Assembly: GCA_965206695.1 (NCBI GenBank)
Contig: CBDBKM010000010.1
Coordinates: 352,001 to 416,000 of the forward strand
Direction of reading: 5' to 3'
DNA from: Chlamydiales bacterium
Lineage (GTDB): Bacteria; Chlamydiota; Chlamydiia; Chlamydiales; JAAZZY01
Length of the DNA stretch: 64,000 bases
Every line of letters begins with the position of its first letter. Positions within the stretch are counted from its first letter, which is position 1. The notes under the pieces are model-generated. The model ran no database searches. It saw nothing but the letters and a program-made list of their open reading frames with translations, and was not told the origin of the DNA. The translations under genes were made by a program, and so were the position numbers. Of the stretch, positions 20,428 to 31,188 are shown one piece after another.

Positions 20428-21297
20428 GTGATGTTCAAGCATATGCCGGAAAAATTATCTCTTATCCTCTTGCTAATATGCTGTATTCCGTCAGACGTAA
20501 ACGGGCTTTCCTACGACTACATCTCTGACGGGTATTTTACCTCGATTCACATTCTGACAGTTGACCCTAAAGAACATGTCATTATGCCTGCCAAAGCTTC
20601 CGGTGATGATGTGGCTAGAGAAACAGTGACTGCCCTTGCTAATAGTTATGGAGCGGTCGCGGCTGTTAATGGAGGATTCTGGAAACTAAGCGGAGAACCC
20701 GCAGGGATTTTAAAAATTAACCACCATTGGTATGGAACCCCCACTAAACCAAGGGGCGCAATAGGATGGTCGTCAAATCGACAACAGGTGTTAATTGACA
20801 AGCTTTTAACAAACCATCGCCTCCATGATACCGAAGATGATAGTGAAATAGAAGTAATCCCGGTATCCACTCCTCCCTATACAACCTCGGAGGAATGGGA
20901 AGAGCTTGAGCATATTGTTGGAGGAACTCCCGTCTTGGTGAACAACGGAAATATAGTAGAAGATTTTACCTCGGAACAAACTTTTGAATCCTTTCTCGTT
21001 AACAGGCATCCGAGAACTGCAGTAGGCATAAAGAAAAATGGCGAATGGGTTTTTGTTGTAGTGGATGGCCATTTTGACAAACTCTTTGATGGAATGACAG
21101 TAAAAGAATTAGCTGAATTGATGCTTGAACTTGGTTGTGTTGAAGCATTAAATCTAGACGGAGGAGGTTCATCGACAATGGTTTTAGAAGGAACCGTTAT
21201 CAATGAACCCGGTGGCAAGATTCAGGAAGACGATAAATACGTTGAAGCTGTATCCGATGCAATTTTAATTTTCTCCGCTGACCCCCTCATTCACTAA
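20428..21297 (+). CDS. Phosphodiester glycosidase (NAGPA-like) family protein, secreted
   Basis: AVAAVNGGF, HPRTAVG, VVVDG, ALNLDGGGSSTM; N-terminal signal peptide. Confidence 0.85.
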   Translation: MMFKHMPEKLSLILLLICCIPSDVNGLSYDYISDGYFTSIHILTVDPKEHVIMPAKASGDDVARETVTALANSYGAVAAVNGGFWKLSGEPAGILKINHHWYGTPTKPRGAIGWSSNRQQVLIDKLLTNHRLHDTEDDSEIEVIPVSTPPYTTSEEWEELEHIVGGTPVLVNNGNIVEDFTSEQTFESFLVNRHPRTAVGIKKNGEWVFVVVDGHFDKLFDGMTVKELAELMLELGCVEALNLDGGGSSTMVLEGTVINEPGGKIQEDDKYVEAVSDAILIFSADPLIH

Positions 21298-21697
21298 ATT
21301 GTCTATTTCCAAGCGCTTAAAGCAACAAAGCCGACTCTATAAACCTGAGTTTTGGGTTTTAATCCTTAGTATTTCATGAAGTTAGAAATTTTTTAAGGCA
21401 AAAAGACCTTTTGTTGTTGTTTATTTTTTTTTGTCAAAAATTTTCTACAAAAACAAAAGGTCTAACTGCTCTATATTGCTTTATCGATGATTTTTGGAAA
21501 GTTTTCAAAAAAAGACCGGGTGAAACACCTTATTGAAAATAAACAAAAATTATGTGTTTCAGGTGTGTAAAAAAAAGTTGCAAGATCATTGAGTCCATTT
21601 TTAATAAGAGATAAACGCCCATATGCTCTTTTTTTTGCAAAAAAGTTTTATTATATCGATATAGAAAAGATTACACAAAAAGATCATGGAGGATTTA

Positions 21698-22309
21698 TTA
21701 CTTGTTAGAGATGAAACCATAGATGCCTTCTAAAAACATTTGTACTGACATGAAGGTTAAGATAAGACCCATAAGTCTTTCACAAGCTATGAGACCTCTT
21801 TTTTTGAGTACTTTTTTTATGTAAGGGGCGCTTAATAGAATAATGGAGGCTAGTAACCAAGCAATCAAAATAGCCGATGACATGATAAGATGATCGGGGG
21901 TTTGCTTACTATAAACCATGATAGCAGCTAAAATAGTTGGTCCTGCAACTAATGGAATTGCAAGAGGAACAATAAACGGCTCTTCATCGGCATGATTTGC
22001 TCCTGTAGTCTGAATGTTAGGAAAAATCATACCTAAAGCAATCATAAATAAAATTATACCTCCTGATATTTGAATGGTAGGTATATCAATGTGTAACCAC
22101 GAGAGAATAAGATCACCTATAAACTCAAAGATAACCATGACTCCCAATGCAATCATTTGTTCTCTAAAGATAATTTTTCTTTGCTTTTTTAATCCAAAAT
22201 TATTCAGGATAGATGCAAAGAGCGGAATATTTCCGATAGGATCGATAATCAAAAATAGAGAAAATGCAATACTGAATAATGACATAGGATTATAAGTAGC
22301 TTCCTCCAA
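21698..22309 (-). CDS. MarC family membrane protein
   Basis: DPIGNIPLF, ISGGIILF, IVPLAIPLVAGP, ERLMGLIL. Confidence 0.9.
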   Translation of the reverse strand: MEEATYNPMSLFSIAFSLFLIIDPIGNIPLFASILNNFGLKKQRKIIFREQMIALGVMVIFEFIGDLILSWLHIDIPTIQISGGIILFMIALGMIFPNIQTTGANHADEEPFIVPLAIPLVAGPTILAAIMVYSKQTPDHLIMSSAILIAWLLASIILLSAPYIKKVLKKRGLIACERLMGLILTFMSVQMFLEGIYGFISNK

Positions 22310-22333
22310 AACAAAGAATTATTTATTAAATCC

Positions 22334-22416
22334 GGGTGTGTTGAAAAAGTATCATAAGTCGTTAAAAAACTTCTACAGATGATCGGTGACTTAAGTGGAC
22401 TTTTGAAACATAGCCC
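22334..22416. repeat. MITE-like unit with imperfect terminal IRs (IS1182-like ends)
   Basis: gggtgtgttgaaaaagt ... acttttgaaacatagccc; related ends near 7745, 50685 and 52390. Confidence 0.5.
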
Positions 22417-22585
22417 TTAAATCTTTATTTATCATTATTTAAGTGATAACTTCCATCTCTTTTTATTGGTTTTGCTGTTCATTCAAGTTAATCCAAGTTT
22501 TTTAGTTGTTGTCATAAATAGTGAAGTGTTTAATAATTTTCATTAGGATTATTAATTAAAAATAAACTTATATACCGTTTTAGTC

Positions 22586-23506
22586 ATGCGGATCAATTTA
22601 GCTGAAGCTTATAAATATATCAGGAAAGGTCGCGTTGTTGCCATTCCAACAGAGACAGTCTACGGACTGGCCTGCGACATGTATAATGAAACAGCTATAC
22701 TGGAACTATTTACTTTAAAAGAAAGAGCATTGGATAAACCTTTCGTTATTCAGATTTCTGATATAGGAGATATACATGATTTTTTAACTGCGATTTCTTT
22801 TGGATGTGAGAAGTTAATGAAGCAATTCTGGCCGGGTTCTCTTACATTAATTTTACCAATAATACCCGAAAAGATACCTGCGATTTTACGTGCTAATTTG
22901 CCCACTGCCGGCTTCCGTATACCGGATCATCCGGTGGCATTAGAACTCATACGGGTAACAGGTCCTTTAGTTGTCACTTCTGCTAATAAAAGCGGCAAAG
23001 TTGCAGCTGTTACCCCCGAAGAAATTGAAGAGGATTTTGGAAAAGATTTTCCTATTTTAAGTAACGAATTAATGATTGAAGGAGAAGAGTCCACCATCTT
23101 AAGTTATATCGATGCCGGATGGGTGATCTTACGAAAAGGAGCGATTGGCCTAGAAAAATTAATGACTGTTGTGGGATATCATCCACCCCATGTAACAGAT
23201 ATTGATTATGCAAAACAGTCTTATAGAGTCGTCCCTCAACTTCATTTAAAAAATATACCTTATAATGGACAGATTAAAACGGTACTTGGATTTCATGGAA
23301 AAGAGTATTTGGGAGCGGAGACTTTGATTCCATTTGGGTCCATAAATGGAAATGCCGAATATTCTTTCCAACAACTTAATCAAGCCTTTTTAGAAATTGA
23401 AAAAGAAGGTTTTCCCCATATTTGGGTTGATATGGATTTTCCTAAAGAAGGAAATTTGAAAGTATTAGCTCAACATATAGAAAGAGCCGTTCGATTCGGA
23501 TCTTAG
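22586..23506 (+). CDS. L-threonylcarbamoyladenylate synthase (Sua5/TsaC)
   Basis: VAIPTETVYGLAC, FWPGSLTLIL, RIPDHP, TSANKSG, ESTI, LRKGAI. Confidence 0.92.
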   Translation: MRINLAEAYKYIRKGRVVAIPTETVYGLACDMYNETAILELFTLKERALDKPFVIQISDIGDIHDFLTAISFGCEKLMKQFWPGSLTLILPIIPEKIPAILRANLPTAGFRIPDHPVALELIRVTGPLVVTSANKSGKVAAVTPEEIEEDFGKDFPILSNELMIEGEESTILSYIDAGWVILRKGAIGLEKLMTVVGYHPPHVTDIDYAKQSYRVVPQLHLKNIPYNGQIKTVLGFHGKEYLGAETLIPFGSINGNAEYSFQQLNQAFLEIEKEGFPHIWVDMDFPKEGNLKVLAQHIERAVRFGS

Positions 23507-23613
23507 CCTCTTCTTGATATTTTTTATGATTTGATCTGATTGCCAAAAATATAATATTTCTATATGGATAGATCTTTTGAATGTCATGCAATTTTAAGGG
23601 CTTTTTTATTTTT

Positions 23614-24036
23614 ATGAATATTAGTACTGACTTGAAAAAGGCTCCTGATGGAGCCGGTTATATTTGGGGTTATATTTGGTCTATCTTAATGGCTATTTTA
23701 GCAATTAGTTCGTATTATTGGGGGATCATGTTGTTAATTGAGACATCAGAGCGCCCGACTTTTAATCTTGTAGTTGGTATCATGCTAATTGTTGCAGGAT
23801 GTGTATACGCCGCAGATACTTATGGTATGATAACTAAAAAAGTTTGGGCATTAATACTGACTTATGCACTTTTGTTTGTGTATTTTATATCAGGGCTTAT
23901 CCTTCTATTTAGTCGCTTTGGAAGTTCAATTACCGGATTCGGTTTATTTGCTTGGGTATCCATTATCATGATAAAATTAATTATCGACTTACTTTGGTTT
24001 GGATATTTTTTTCGTAGAAGATATTGGTTTCGTTGA
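23614..24036 (+). CDS. Four-TM hypothetical membrane protein (paralog 1)
   Basis: GYIWGYIW ... KLIIDLLWFGYFFRRR; start set at the second ATG to match the paralog. Confidence 0.7.
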   Translation: MNISTDLKKAPDGAGYIWGYIWSILMAILAISSYYWGIMLLIETSERPTFNLVVGIMLIVAGCVYAADTYGMITKKVWALILTYALLFVYFISGLILLFSRFGSSITGFGLFAWVSIIMIKLIIDLLWFGYFFRRRYWFR

Positions 24037-24062
24037 ATTGTATTTATTTTAAAGGGAAGGTC

Positions 24063-24503
24063 ATGGAGGAAAATCAGGCGGCAAAACGGCCACAAGAAAA
24101 AGGATTCATCTGGGGATATATTTGGTGTGTTCTTGTGTTTTTAGGCGCTGTTTTAACATTTATCATGGGTGTCTTTCTATTAGTGGAAAAAAGTATGTAT
24201 CCGGGTGCAAATATCAATCTGGGCATTTTTTCGTTATTAGCAACATGTCTGTATATTTTCGATGGTTTTGGTGTTGCCTATAGAAAATCATGGGGGCTTA
24301 TTCTTACTTATATTATTTTAGGGATTAGTTTTCTTTTGACTATCGGACAATTTATAGCATTAATTGTGCAGCTTTCAATGATCCCTCAGCAGATGATAGC
24401 TATTGGAAGAGTAACCGGATATTTTATTTTCCTTATTTTAAAATTAATCATTGATATTCTTTGGATAGGGTATTTTTATCGACGTCGCGATATGTTTACT
24501 TAA
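24063..24503 (+). CDS. Four-TM hypothetical membrane protein (paralog 2)
   Basis: GFIWGYIW ... KLIIDILWIGYFYRRR; purine-rich RBS before ATG 24063. Confidence 0.7.
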   Translation: MEENQAAKRPQEKGFIWGYIWCVLVFLGAVLTFIMGVFLLVEKSMYPGANINLGIFSLLATCLYIFDGFGVAYRKSWGLILTYIILGISFLLTIGQFIALIVQLSMIPQQMIAIGRVTGYFIFLILKLIIDILWIGYFYRRRDMFT

Positions 24504-25500
24504 CCCTTTCTAATTGAGATTGAGCTAAAGTTATATACCAAAGTTTATCCAGAAACTGTTTGTGTTTGTTGTTTAGATTATGAATGACAAGGAAGCAATC
24601 TCGATTTTTTTTGAATGCACTTATCGTCCAATTAGTAGAACCGTTAATCAAGATCCCTTGATCAATATAAGCAAATTTATGATGCAGAAGTTGTGCACCC
24701 TTATTAGTATAAATACATACATTGTTATCTTTTAATTTTTTTAAGGTTTGTGCACTGCTGCCTATACCGGATTGATAGTCTAAGATAACTTCAACTTTTA
24801 CTCCTCGATTTTTGGCATCTATTACTGCTTGAGTGATTAATGGATGAGTCCAAGTAAATAGAGCTATTTTAAGAGAGTTTTTTGCTTCTTTGATTAGCTC
24901 AATGATTCTCGCAAGAGCTTCCTTTTGATTAGGTAGGGACCACCATTCTACTTCTTGCGTGCCAATGTTTAAAATATCATTTTTATCAGTTACCGGGTTT
25001 AAAGTCGTATTTAAAATTTTTTCAGCAAGCTTTATCGATATAAGAGAAACAACAAGATTATCATGCATTCTAAGAGATTCTGACGTCAGATTTGATGATC
25101 CTATAAAAATAAGAGATTGATCTATTATAAGAATTTTTTGGTGCATCAATCCGCTTTCTTTTTTTGTGATAACTTCAATGTTATCATTTAAGACTGAGCG
25201 AACTAAAGAGTAACATCGGTGATCAATAATAATTGAGATTTTTATGTTTTCGTAGCTCTTTTTATTTAGAATTTCTAAAATTTTTTTATCAGTTAGCGTA
25301 TAGATAACAAGAAAAATAGATTGTTTTGCTTTTTGTATGCCGGAAATAAAAGTGTCTTTGAGATCTTTGCGGCATTGATTAGAATAAAAACGGATGGGAT
25401 TTTTAGGGCAAGGTAATTCAACCTTAATTTCATTTTTAATAAATAAAAGCAAAAAAAACACTATTATAGCAAATAATAATGCTTTGTATGTGGATTTCAT
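24496..25500 (-). CDS. Phospholipase D/nuclease family protein
   Basis: Two HKD motifs: HQKILIID..GSSN and HHKFAYID..GSTN; N-terminal anchor. Confidence 0.9.
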   Translation of the reverse strand: MKSTYKALLFAIIVFFLLLFIKNEIKVELPCPKNPIRFYSNQCRKDLKDTFISGIQKAKQSIFLVIYTLTDKKILEILNKKSYENIKISIIIDHRCYSLVRSVLNDNIEVITKKESGLMHQKILIIDQSLIFIGSSNLTSESLRMHDNLVVSLISIKLAEKILNTTLNPVTDKNDILNIGTQEVEWWSLPNQKEALARIIELIKEAKNSLKIALFTWTHPLITQAVIDAKNRGVKVEVILDYQSGIGSSAQTLKKLKDNNVCIYTNKGAQLLHHKFAYIDQGILINGSTNWTISAFKKNRDCFLVIHNLNNKHKQFLDKLWYITLAQSQLERVK

Positions 25501-25504
25501 ATCG

Positions 25505-25541
25505 AATAAAAGGCTTTTTTAGTTATAAAAAGCCTTTTATT
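25505..25541. terminator. Hairpin terminator downstream of rpmB
   Basis: aataaaaggcttttt ... aaaaagccttttatt, perfect inverted repeat. Confidence 0.7.
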
Positions 25542-25552
25542 ATACTTATTGA

Positions 25553-25828
25553 CTATATTTTTTGACCCTTAGAACGAAGCTCACGAATAATAGGCGAGAG
25601 TCCTTTTTTATCGATGGTACGCATAGCAGATGTACTTAATTTAAGAGTGATGAAGCGTTTTTCTTCCGCAAACCAAAATCTTTTTTTGATAAGATTAGGC
25701 AGAAAACGACGCTTGGTAACACCGGTAATATTCAGTCCAATTCCTTTTTTCTTTTTTGCAATACCCCGCAGCGCATAACTTCTTCCGCTAACGGGTTTTT
25801 TCCCTGTAACCTGACACTTTTTTCCCAT
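25553..25828 (-). CDS. rpmB: 50S ribosomal protein L28
   Basis: [29 protein letters not shown] (chlamydial L28 form); GGAG RBS before ATG 25828. Confidence 0.95.
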   Translation of the reverse strand: MGKKCQVTGKKPVSGRSYALRGIAKKKKGIGLNITGVTKRRFLPNLIKKRFWFAEEKRFITLKLSTSAMRTIDKKGLSPIIRELRSKGQKI

Positions 25829-25959
25829 GACTTTTCTCTCCATAAAAGAATGGGATGCATGCTAACAGATCATTTTTTATTGCACAAGAATATTTCTATA
25901 GTACATACTGATCATTAGGAGGGGTGATTTATGCCCAAGCCTTTTTTGTAGAGTTATTT

Positions 25960-27357
25960 ATGGAAAACCTAACACTTGATATGGTAGTTATCGGATCGGG
26001 ACCTGCAGGTCAAAAGGCTGCAATTCAGGCTTCAAAACTTGGAAAAACGGTTGCTGTTATTGAAAAAGATATACATCCGGGCGGAGCTTGTTTGAATTCA
26101 GCGACAATTCCATCCAAGACCCTAAGGGCTGCTATACTAGATTTGAGTGACTTTTATTCTCGAAGTTTTTATGGAAAAAACTCTTGTCCCAGGATACTTT
26201 CTATCAATGATTTAACTTATAGATTACATCAGGTTTTTGAGATTGAACGAGAGATAGTTCGTCGGCAATTTAGGAAAAACCATATTCAATTAATAACCGG
26301 CCATGCTTACTTTGAAAGCAAAAATATTGTGGTAGTTAAAAGTCTTGAGGATAAGATCCTCTATCGGATACGAGCAGAATATATCATGATTGGAGTAGGA
26401 TCCAAGCCTCGTAACCCCATTGAAGTTCCCTTTGATGATAAAGTGATCTTAGATTCCACAAGGCTATTATCCATTGATAAATTACCTAAGACTATGATTG
26501 TTCTGGGCGGAGGTATTATCGGATCTGAGTATGCGAGCTTTTTCGCTGTTCTTGGAACTAAAGTCCACGTTGTTGATAAAAAGGATCATCTTCTTCCTCT
26601 ATTAGATAGAGAAATCGGCATACATCTACAAACAGCCTTATCTGATATTGGATTGACTTTTACGGGAAAGAAAGAGCCTAAAAAGATATCTAATCAAGAT
26701 GGGCATGCGGTTTTAGAATGCATGGATGGGGAGGTGATAGAAGCGGATGTTCTATTATTTGCTCTTGGACGAACCGCCAATGTAGATAATTTACATATTG
26801 AAAATGCGGGGATTCATCTTGATAATTATGGCTATGTACCGGTCAATGACATGTTTCAAACTCCTACATCTAATATTTATGCGATTGGTGATGTTATTGG
26901 AGCTCCTGCTTTGGCATCAACCGGTATGGAGCAGGGGCGACTGGCAGCACTACATGCTTACGGGATAAAGACACATCAATTTCCATCCGTATATCCTATT
27001 GGGATTTACACTATCCCTGAAATTTCTTGCTGTGGGTATACGGAAAGTCAATTACAAGACTTAGGTTTTCACTACGAAGTAGGGAGAGCTTATTATTATG
27101 AAATAGCCTGCAGCCATATAAATGGATCCGGAGATATTGGCATGTTCAAAATCCTTTTCCATGCTGATACTCTTGAAATTCTTGGTATTCATATCATCGG
27201 AAGAGGAGCGACTGAGGTTATTCATATCGGACAAGTGGCTATGACTTTCAATGTTCGGATCGATTATTTTATAAACCAGGTATTTAATTACCCGACTTAT
27301 GCCGAAGGCTATAGGATAGCGGCTCTAAATGGTTATAACAAGATTGGACACAAGTAG
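25960..27357 (+). CDS. sthA: Soluble pyridine nucleotide transhydrogenase
   Basis: IGSGPAGQKAA, GGACLNSATIPSKTLR (single-Cys variant), GIYTIPEIS, FNYPTYAE. Confidence 0.9.
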   Translation: MENLTLDMVVIGSGPAGQKAAIQASKLGKTVAVIEKDIHPGGACLNSATIPSKTLRAAILDLSDFYSRSFYGKNSCPRILSINDLTYRLHQVFEIEREIVRRQFRKNHIQLITGHAYFESKNIVVVKSLEDKILYRIRAEYIMIGVGSKPRNPIEVPFDDKVILDSTRLLSIDKLPKTMIVLGGGIIGSEYASFFAVLGTKVHVVDKKDHLLPLLDREIGIHLQTALSDIGLTFTGKKEPKKISNQDGHAVLECMDGEVIEADVLLFALGRTANVDNLHIENAGIHLDNYGYVPVNDMFQTPTSNIYAIGDVIGAPALASTGMEQGRLAALHAYGIKTHQFPSVYPIGIYTIPEISCCGYTESQLQDLGFHYEVGRAYYYEIACSHINGSGDIGMFKILFHADTLEILGIHIIGRGATEVIHIGQVAMTFNVRIDYFINQVFNYPTYAEGYRIAALNGYNKIGHK

Positions 27358-27370
27358 TGAGGTTATTTAG

Positions 27371-27877
27371 ATGCCTTTAGATAATGATGATGAGATTCCC
27401 GTTAATGGGTTTAAAAAAAACAAAAACTCCTCTTATCCTAAACCTATTAGGTTGGAAGATCTCATTGGGAGTGCAAATAAGCAAGACGAAGAGGAACACG
27501 AAAGCCTACCCCCAAGGCCCCTTCCTAAGAAGGAAAAGACGATCTTAGCCGGAGTTTATCTACGTATTCTGATGCTATTTTTAGTCGTTGTGATGGTTAT
27601 ATGGCTAGTCCGGACTGTTTTATCATCTGTTATTAATTTGATTTTGACGGTACTCACTTTTTTTCTTAATGCGAAAATAAGAAAAAATCTTAAAACCTCA
27701 TATCAATTGATAAAACGAGCCCTTATCACCCTTTTCGGTTGCCTTGTGTCATTAATTAGTCCACGTATTGGACTGGCTCTACTCGTAGCCTATCTCATGA
27801 CAAATGCTAAAGATAAGGATCAAGATAGCTTTATTTCATTACTTCGAAGGCACCTTTATAAATTCACTAAGTTTTAA
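27371..27877 (+). CDS. Hypothetical membrane protein with long bilobed hydrophobic segments
   Basis: 168 aa, charged disordered N-terminus, then ~40-aa and ~27-aa hydrophobic stretches; GAGG RBS. Confidence 0.7.
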   Translation: MPLDNDDEIPVNGFKKNKNSSYPKPIRLEDLIGSANKQDEEEHESLPPRPLPKKEKTILAGVYLRILMLFLVVVMVIWLVRTVLSSVINLILTVLTFFLNAKIRKNLKTSYQLIKRALITLFGCLVSLISPRIGLALLVAYLMTNAKDKDQDSFISLLRRHLYKFTKF

Positions 27878-27925
27878 ACAGGAGTTTCGTGCTACAGAAG
27901 TGTGTTATTTAAACAACTATTTAAT
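27878..27925. repeat. Solo IS701-like left end
   Basis: aacaggagtttcgtgctacagaagtgtgttatt matches 56421-56453. Confidence 0.6.
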
Positions 27926-27939
27926 AACACACTTCTGTA

Positions 27940-28342
27940 GCCTTCTAAAGCCTTCTGTTCACTGAAATATAAGCTTGTAATGCTACCGGTAGCATCATCG
28001 ATAAAAACATTTAGATTAACCATAGGATGATTGTCTCCAAACCATCTATGATGAGATCCGTCTGCTTGGATAAGCTCGCCAAAAGATTCTTTTCTTTGCC
28101 TTGGTAGGTATGTTTGTTTCTTCTTTTTTCTTGGAATCCAAATAAAGTTCTCAATCATCCACAATCTGAGTGTTTCAATAGATACTTTTAAATGATGCTC
28201 TTCTTCCGGTTTCTCTTGAGCTAATATTGGAGCAAAACCGGAATAGTTATCTCTTACTAAACTTAATACTTTCTTTTTCAAAGAGTCAGGAAGCTTACGG
28301 TTACTTGGTTTATCTCTATGAAGCGAAATGAAACCTTTAGCC
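27940..28342 (-). pseudogene. ISNCY-type DDE transposase fragment
   Basis: VSIETLRLWM, GELIQADGSHHRWF, FIDDATG. Confidence 0.8.
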
Positions 28343-28478
28343 TACAGTCCCATTATGGGTGCAAGGCGTCGCATAGGCGCCAAGAATCGTTGTCAGAAAT
28401 CAGTTATGCAGAGGTCTTTTCTCCTCTTCGATACGCAACCGTCACTTGCGAGTCGACTGCATCCGTGCAGTCTCCATA
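28343..28478 (-). repeat. Diverged partial relative of the ~298-bp element
   Basis: Minus strand tggagactgcacggatgcagtcgac..ggttgcg matches the start of the 40867 and 51106 copies. Confidence 0.55.
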
Positions 28479-28511
28479 GATGATGAATGAAAAAGATCAA
28501 TGGTTCATAAA

Positions 28512-28919
28512 TTATCTGTTTTTTAATCGTTGGACTTCGATAGCAACAGATCCGGCATTTTCAATTGCGCCCGGTTTATCCAGAATAAGGCAAACGCCAA
28601 AAAGGGGGTAGTTCTCTAATAATTTTTCACACAATTTATCGGCTAACGTTTCAATTAGATAGAACTCAGAAGATTTAATAAAGTCAAGACAGGTATTACA
28701 GACATGCTCATAATCAATGACATCTTCCAAGTTATCTCTGATTCGAGGTGCATTATCAGGTAAAAATAACTTAAGGTTAAGAATAAGTTTTTGTGGGCCG
28801 GCTCTTTCATTCGGATAGAATCCTATAATAGCAAAAACTATGAGATCCCTAATAATAATGGTATCAGTAGTTTGTATTATAGCTGAGATTTTGTCTCGAG
28901 TTTGGGTGTGTAACGTCAT
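28512..28919 (-). CDS. folB: Dihydroneopterin aldolase
   Basis: DTIIIRDL..IIG.YPNER..PQKL, IDYEHV, FYLIETLA, KPGAI; start uncertain (28919 or 28958). Confidence 0.88.
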   Translation of the reverse strand: MTLHTQTRDKISAIIQTTDTIIIRDLIVFAIIGFYPNERAGPQKLILNLKLFLPDNAPRIRDNLEDVIDYEHVCNTCLDFIKSSEFYLIETLADKLCEKLLENYPLFGVCLILDKPGAIENAGSVAIEVQRLKNR

Positions 28920-29898
28920 TTTCTTGTTTTCCGTGAGTTGCTTTATTCGAATAGACAAAAGTATTATTTACTTGTTTTTGGTTTTCCTCTTGGCTTTGAT
29001 CATCACCATTATCGCTTTCTTTAGTCTTACCGGAAGCGGGTGAGGCTTTCTGAATCAACATTGCCGGGGCTGAACGACTCGTACTTCCGTTCATCAGTTC
29101 TACCGGAAATCCGGAAGAGGATCGTTTAGAGACAACAATAGTCTCGCCGGGTTGCCATTGATTCACATAACTTTGCGCGCCGGGGGCTACTTTATAAACA
29201 GCTCCATTATCTAACACTATTTGTGAACCGGTGGTTGATTTGATGGTATAGGTTTCAGAAAAATCCTTATGAAGCGCTTTACCGGCTTTTTGAGCATTGA
29301 CAGTTTGTCCTGAAGATTCATTTTTTAAAACAAAGGGATATAAAACATCCTTGCCTTTAGTGCATGTAATTTTGTCTCCGGGCTTCCAGTAAAATGTATA
29401 GATCCTATCATAGGAAACAATATTCCAAATAGAACCATTTTGCAATTGAATATATTGGCCATCTTTCATATTCACTTTGATGACATTGCCATCCTTTTTC
29501 TTTTGATCCTTACTCTTTTCGTTATCATTAGCAGCACCGGCAATATCTGTACTTGGAACGTTTCCAAGAAGTGTGATTGTCCAAGAAGTAAGCCATTCTT
29601 CTAAAGCAAGTCTTTCCGCATGAGTTAATTTATCAATACCTGTGCTTGTCTGCACGTGGCTAGGCATAACAACTTCCAGGCTAATGACATTGTCTTTGGA
29701 ATCCTTTTGCTTCCCTTTTTTAGTCTCTTCATTTTTTCTTTTGTAATCTGATTTTGTTTTCTCCTTTTTCTCTTGATAAGATTGATATCCGAACGAACTT
29801 GCTTGGTAGGAAGAATTTTGAGAATAGTTTGCTTTTAAAAAAGAAGCAGGACATAAAAAAATGATGAAAAAAACTCTAATAAACGACATAGCCGGCAT
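28864..29898 (-). CDS. Hypothetical exported protein with two internal beta-rich repeats
   Basis: Signal peptide; IQLQNGSIWNI..WKPGDKI and IVLDNGAVYKV..WQPGETI. Confidence 0.7.
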   Translation of the reverse strand: MPAMSFIRVFFIIFLCPASFLKANYSQNSSYQASSFGYQSYQEKKEKTKSDYKRKNEETKKGKQKDSKDNVISLEVVMPSHVQTSTGIDKLTHAERLALEEWLTSWTITLLGNVPSTDIAGAANDNEKSKDQKKKDGNVIKVNMKDGQYIQLQNGSIWNIVSYDRIYTFYWKPGDKITCTKGKDVLYPFVLKNESSGQTVNAQKAGKALHKDFSETYTIKSTTGSQIVLDNGAVYKVAPGAQSYVNQWQPGETIVVSKRSSSGFPVELMNGSTSRSAPAMLIQKASPASGKTKESDNGDDQSQEENQKQVNNTFVYSNKATHGKQENDVTHPNSRQNLSYNTNY

Positions 29899-30011
29899 CC
29901 TAAAAAACCATATTTATTTCAATGATATATTTTAATACCAATAATATGAAAAATTAGCTAGTAAGGAAAGAGATAAGTGATCTTTTAAACAACTTACATT
30001 TTTATTTACTT

Positions 30012-30974
30012 ATGACATGGTTTATTATCCTTTGCATGATACTTGGCGGAATTGTTGTCATGTATGCGGGTGCCGAATTATTAGTAAGAGGGGCTGCCTT
30101 TTTAGTCTTAAAGTTGGGGATTACCCCCCTTATTATTGGGCTGACAGTCGTAGCTTTTAGCACCTCTTCTCCGGAATTTGTAGGTAGCTTGGTTGCTCAA
30201 ATTCAGGGAAAAAAAGGAGACCTTTCTATTGGTAACGTCATTGGATCCGGTATCGCTAATATCGGCTTAATTTTAGGGATTTCGACTCTCTTTTACAGAT
30301 TGCCCATATCTTCAACTATTAAGAAACAGGAAATGATCATAACAATGGCCTCAACTCTATTATTATGGTTATTTATGTTGAGTGGCGGAATAGGAAGGAT
30401 AAAAGGTGGGGTCCTGTTTTTAGGAAGTATTAGTTATATTATTTATCAGATTTTTTTGGCTAAACGAGGCCTATTAACGCTTAAAGATGAAGAGATTCCG
30501 ATATTAAAAGAAATAGAAAAAAGGAAAAGAGATCAACCTCTTTTCAATGTTGTTTTAGTCATTGTTGGAGTTGTTATTTTAGTGATAGGGGCCTATCTAT
30601 TAATTAACGGAGCGATTGAGTTAGCAACACTTGCAGGGATATCAGAGCGTGTTATCGCTCTAACAGTTGTTGCTTTAGGTACTTCCTTGCCTGAGTTGGC
30701 GACTACATTGGTAGCCGGAATGCGTCAGCAGTGCGAGATTGCTTTAGGTAATATTATTGGGAGTAATATCTTAAATCACCTGTTTGTTGCAGGTCTTGTT
30801 GCCTTTATTATACCGATTCAATTTGCTCCTAAGTTTATTTATCAAGATATGCCGGTATTAGTTGGTTTTACGTGTGTATTATGGCTTTTTATGTTTAGAC
30901 AGCAAGTCTTTGCAAGATGGAATGGGCCGGTGCTATTAGCAGGTTACGCTCTGTACCTTATTTTTATCGTTTAA
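30012..30974 (+). CDS. Calcium/sodium antiporter (YrbG/CaCA family)
   Basis: GLTVVAFSTSSPE..GNVIGS and LTVVALGTSLPE..GNIIGSN alpha repeats. Confidence 0.92.
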   Translation: MTWFIILCMILGGIVVMYAGAELLVRGAAFLVLKLGITPLIIGLTVVAFSTSSPEFVGSLVAQIQGKKGDLSIGNVIGSGIANIGLILGISTLFYRLPISSTIKKQEMIITMASTLLLWLFMLSGGIGRIKGGVLFLGSISYIIYQIFLAKRGLLTLKDEEIPILKEIEKRKRDQPLFNVVLVIVGVVILVIGAYLLINGAIELATLAGISERVIALTVVALGTSLPELATTLVAGMRQQCEIALGNIIGSNILNHLFVAGLVAFIIPIQFAPKFIYQDMPVLVGFTCVLWLFMFRQQVFARWNGPVLLAGYALYLIFIV

Positions 30975-31188
30975 AGAGTTTATCTTGAAGATTAGGCAAG
31001 GCATCAAGAAAAAAAAGGTCTCGGGGTCTAAGTGGAATCCCTTAAATTTGATTTTTTCAGTTGAGATTTTATTTTAACTCACCTTACGCAAAGTTAGTAT
31101 AAAAATTTTTCTATAGGTTGTATAATTTTCTTTCAATTTTAAGGAAAGAACACGTCAAAAGATCTTCCGGATATATCGTGAATGACAA

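Noticed and set aside
21340..21690. Possible further IS remnant beginning aacctgagtt
   Set aside because: Too degraded to translate or assign with confidence.
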